Assembly: GCA_046757165.1 (NCBI GenBank)
Contig: JBHHXT010000056.1
Span: forward strand, 1 to 25,831
DNA: 25,831 bases
Direction of reading: 5' to 3'
Origin: a bacterium
GTDB lineage: Bacteria > Zhuqueibacterota > Zhuqueibacteria > Oceanimicrobiales > Oceanimicrobiaceae
Shown: in pieces, positions 25,073-25,831 of the stretch
Layout: each line of letters starts with the position of its first letter
Numbering within the stretch: the first letter of the stretch is position 1
Position numbers and translations under genes: made by a program
The notes under the pieces: generated by a model
Seen by the model: the letters and a program-made list of their open reading frames with translations, nothing else
The model's database searches: none
What the model was told of the DNA's origin: nothing

Positions 25073-25831
25073 ATGGCCAGAAAAAAACAAACGAAACCCA
25101 AATCCATCGAAGCGCTGCAGCACAGAGACGCCAAACGCACAAACATCCCCACGGCAGAGTACCAGTCCGTGCTGCGGGAGGAGGACAAAAGCCCGATCCG
25201 GGTGGCGTACGAGCGCCGCAACCGGGACCTGGACCCGCAGTTGGTGTGGCGCGGCAAGGATATGCTGGACTGGTCCGACCTGGTGGTGCCGGCGCCGCCG
25301 CTGTATATTCAGGAGAAGATTCATCCGAAGGTGCTGATCGATGATTTAGTGAGGAGTGGCCAGTGGTTAGTGGCGAGTGGTGAGAAAGCGGCACCGGAAA
25401 ATACACAGATAGACTTGTTCTCTGACTTCAACGGCCTGCCCGACGAGGCGGCGCGCACCGAGTTTTATCAGCACGAGGCCAACTGGAGCAACCGCATGAT
25501 CCTGGGTGACTCGCTGCAGGTCATGGCTTCCCTGGCGGAGCGCGAGGGGCTGCGCGGCAAGGTGCAGTGCATCTACATCGACCCGCCGTACGGCATCAAG
25601 TTCAACTCCAACTTCCAGTGGAGCACCACCAGCCGCGATGTGAAGGACGGCAAGGCCGAGCACATCACCCGGGAGCCGGAGCAGGTGAAGGCGTTCAGGG
25701 ACACCTGGCGCGACGGCATCCACTCCTATTTGACCTACCTGCGCGACCGCCTGACCGTGGCGCGGGACCTGCTGACCGAGTCTGGCTCCATTTTTGTGCA
25801 GATCGGGGATGAGAATGTGCACCGGGTGCGG
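25073..25831 (+). CDS. mod: Site-specific adenine DNA methyltransferase, type III Mod-like, beta class (3' truncated by the window)
   Basis: Absent from the ORF track because it has no stop in the window. My translation: MARKKQTKPK...DPQLVWRGKD...NRMILGDSLQVM...VQCIYIDPPYGIKFNSNFQ...SYLTYLRDRL...GSIFVQIGDENVHRVR; DPPY is catalytic motif IV. Confidence 0.93.
   Translation, partial: MARKKQTKPKSIEALQHRDAKRTNIPTAEYQSVLREEDKSPIRVAYERRNRDLDPQLVWRGKDMLDWSDLVVPAPPLYIQEKIHPKVLIDDLVRSGQWLVASGEKAAPENTQIDLFSDFNGLPDEAARTEFYQHEANWSNRMILGDSLQVMASLAEREGLRGKVQCIYIDPPYGIKFNSNFQWSTTSRDVKDGKAEHITREPEQVKAFRDTWRDGIHSYLTYLRDRLTVARDLLTESGSIFVQIGDENVHRVR
25348..25382. repeat. In-frame heptamer tandem array (AGTGGnn x5) in mod
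   Basis: AGTGAGG AGTGGCC AGTGGTT AGTGGCG AGTGGTG, encoding (L)VRSGQWLVASG(E). Confidence 0.8.

Overview
Bacterial window of about 55-60% GC. The gene content (a T9SS-like/FlgD-Ig C-terminal sorting domain, PorV-like barrels, YtxJ) suggests an FCB-group organism such as KSB1 or Calditrichota; this is an inference. Left to right: a REP-like repeat pair; a minus-strand ytxJ / DUF427-like / DUF5996 operon; an orphan lipoprotein; an apparently chimeric FG-GAP/beta-barrel gene; a secreted BNR/VPS10 beta-propeller protein translationally coupled to a Rieske-FMN glutamate-synthase-like gene; a three-gene envelope operon (CsgG-like + 5xPEGA, YjbH-like barrel, PorV-like barrel) divergent from an S8 subtilase; a carbon-nitrogen hydrolase; a membrane protein; a large NAD-glutamate dehydrogenase; and a type III-like restriction-modification locus (res - four-helix-bundle gene - mod, truncated by the window end). 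The most striking unexplained signal is a set of at least 8 short-period (7-10 nt) degenerate tandem arrays with different unit sequences. Five are arranged as inverted pairs that can form hairpins. Three lie in frame inside genes: one appears to encode the hydrophobic signal peptide of the beta-propeller protein, one lies inside the four-helix-bundle (Avd-like) gene, and one lies in the Mod linker. All family assignments come from motif recognition by eye; no searches were run.
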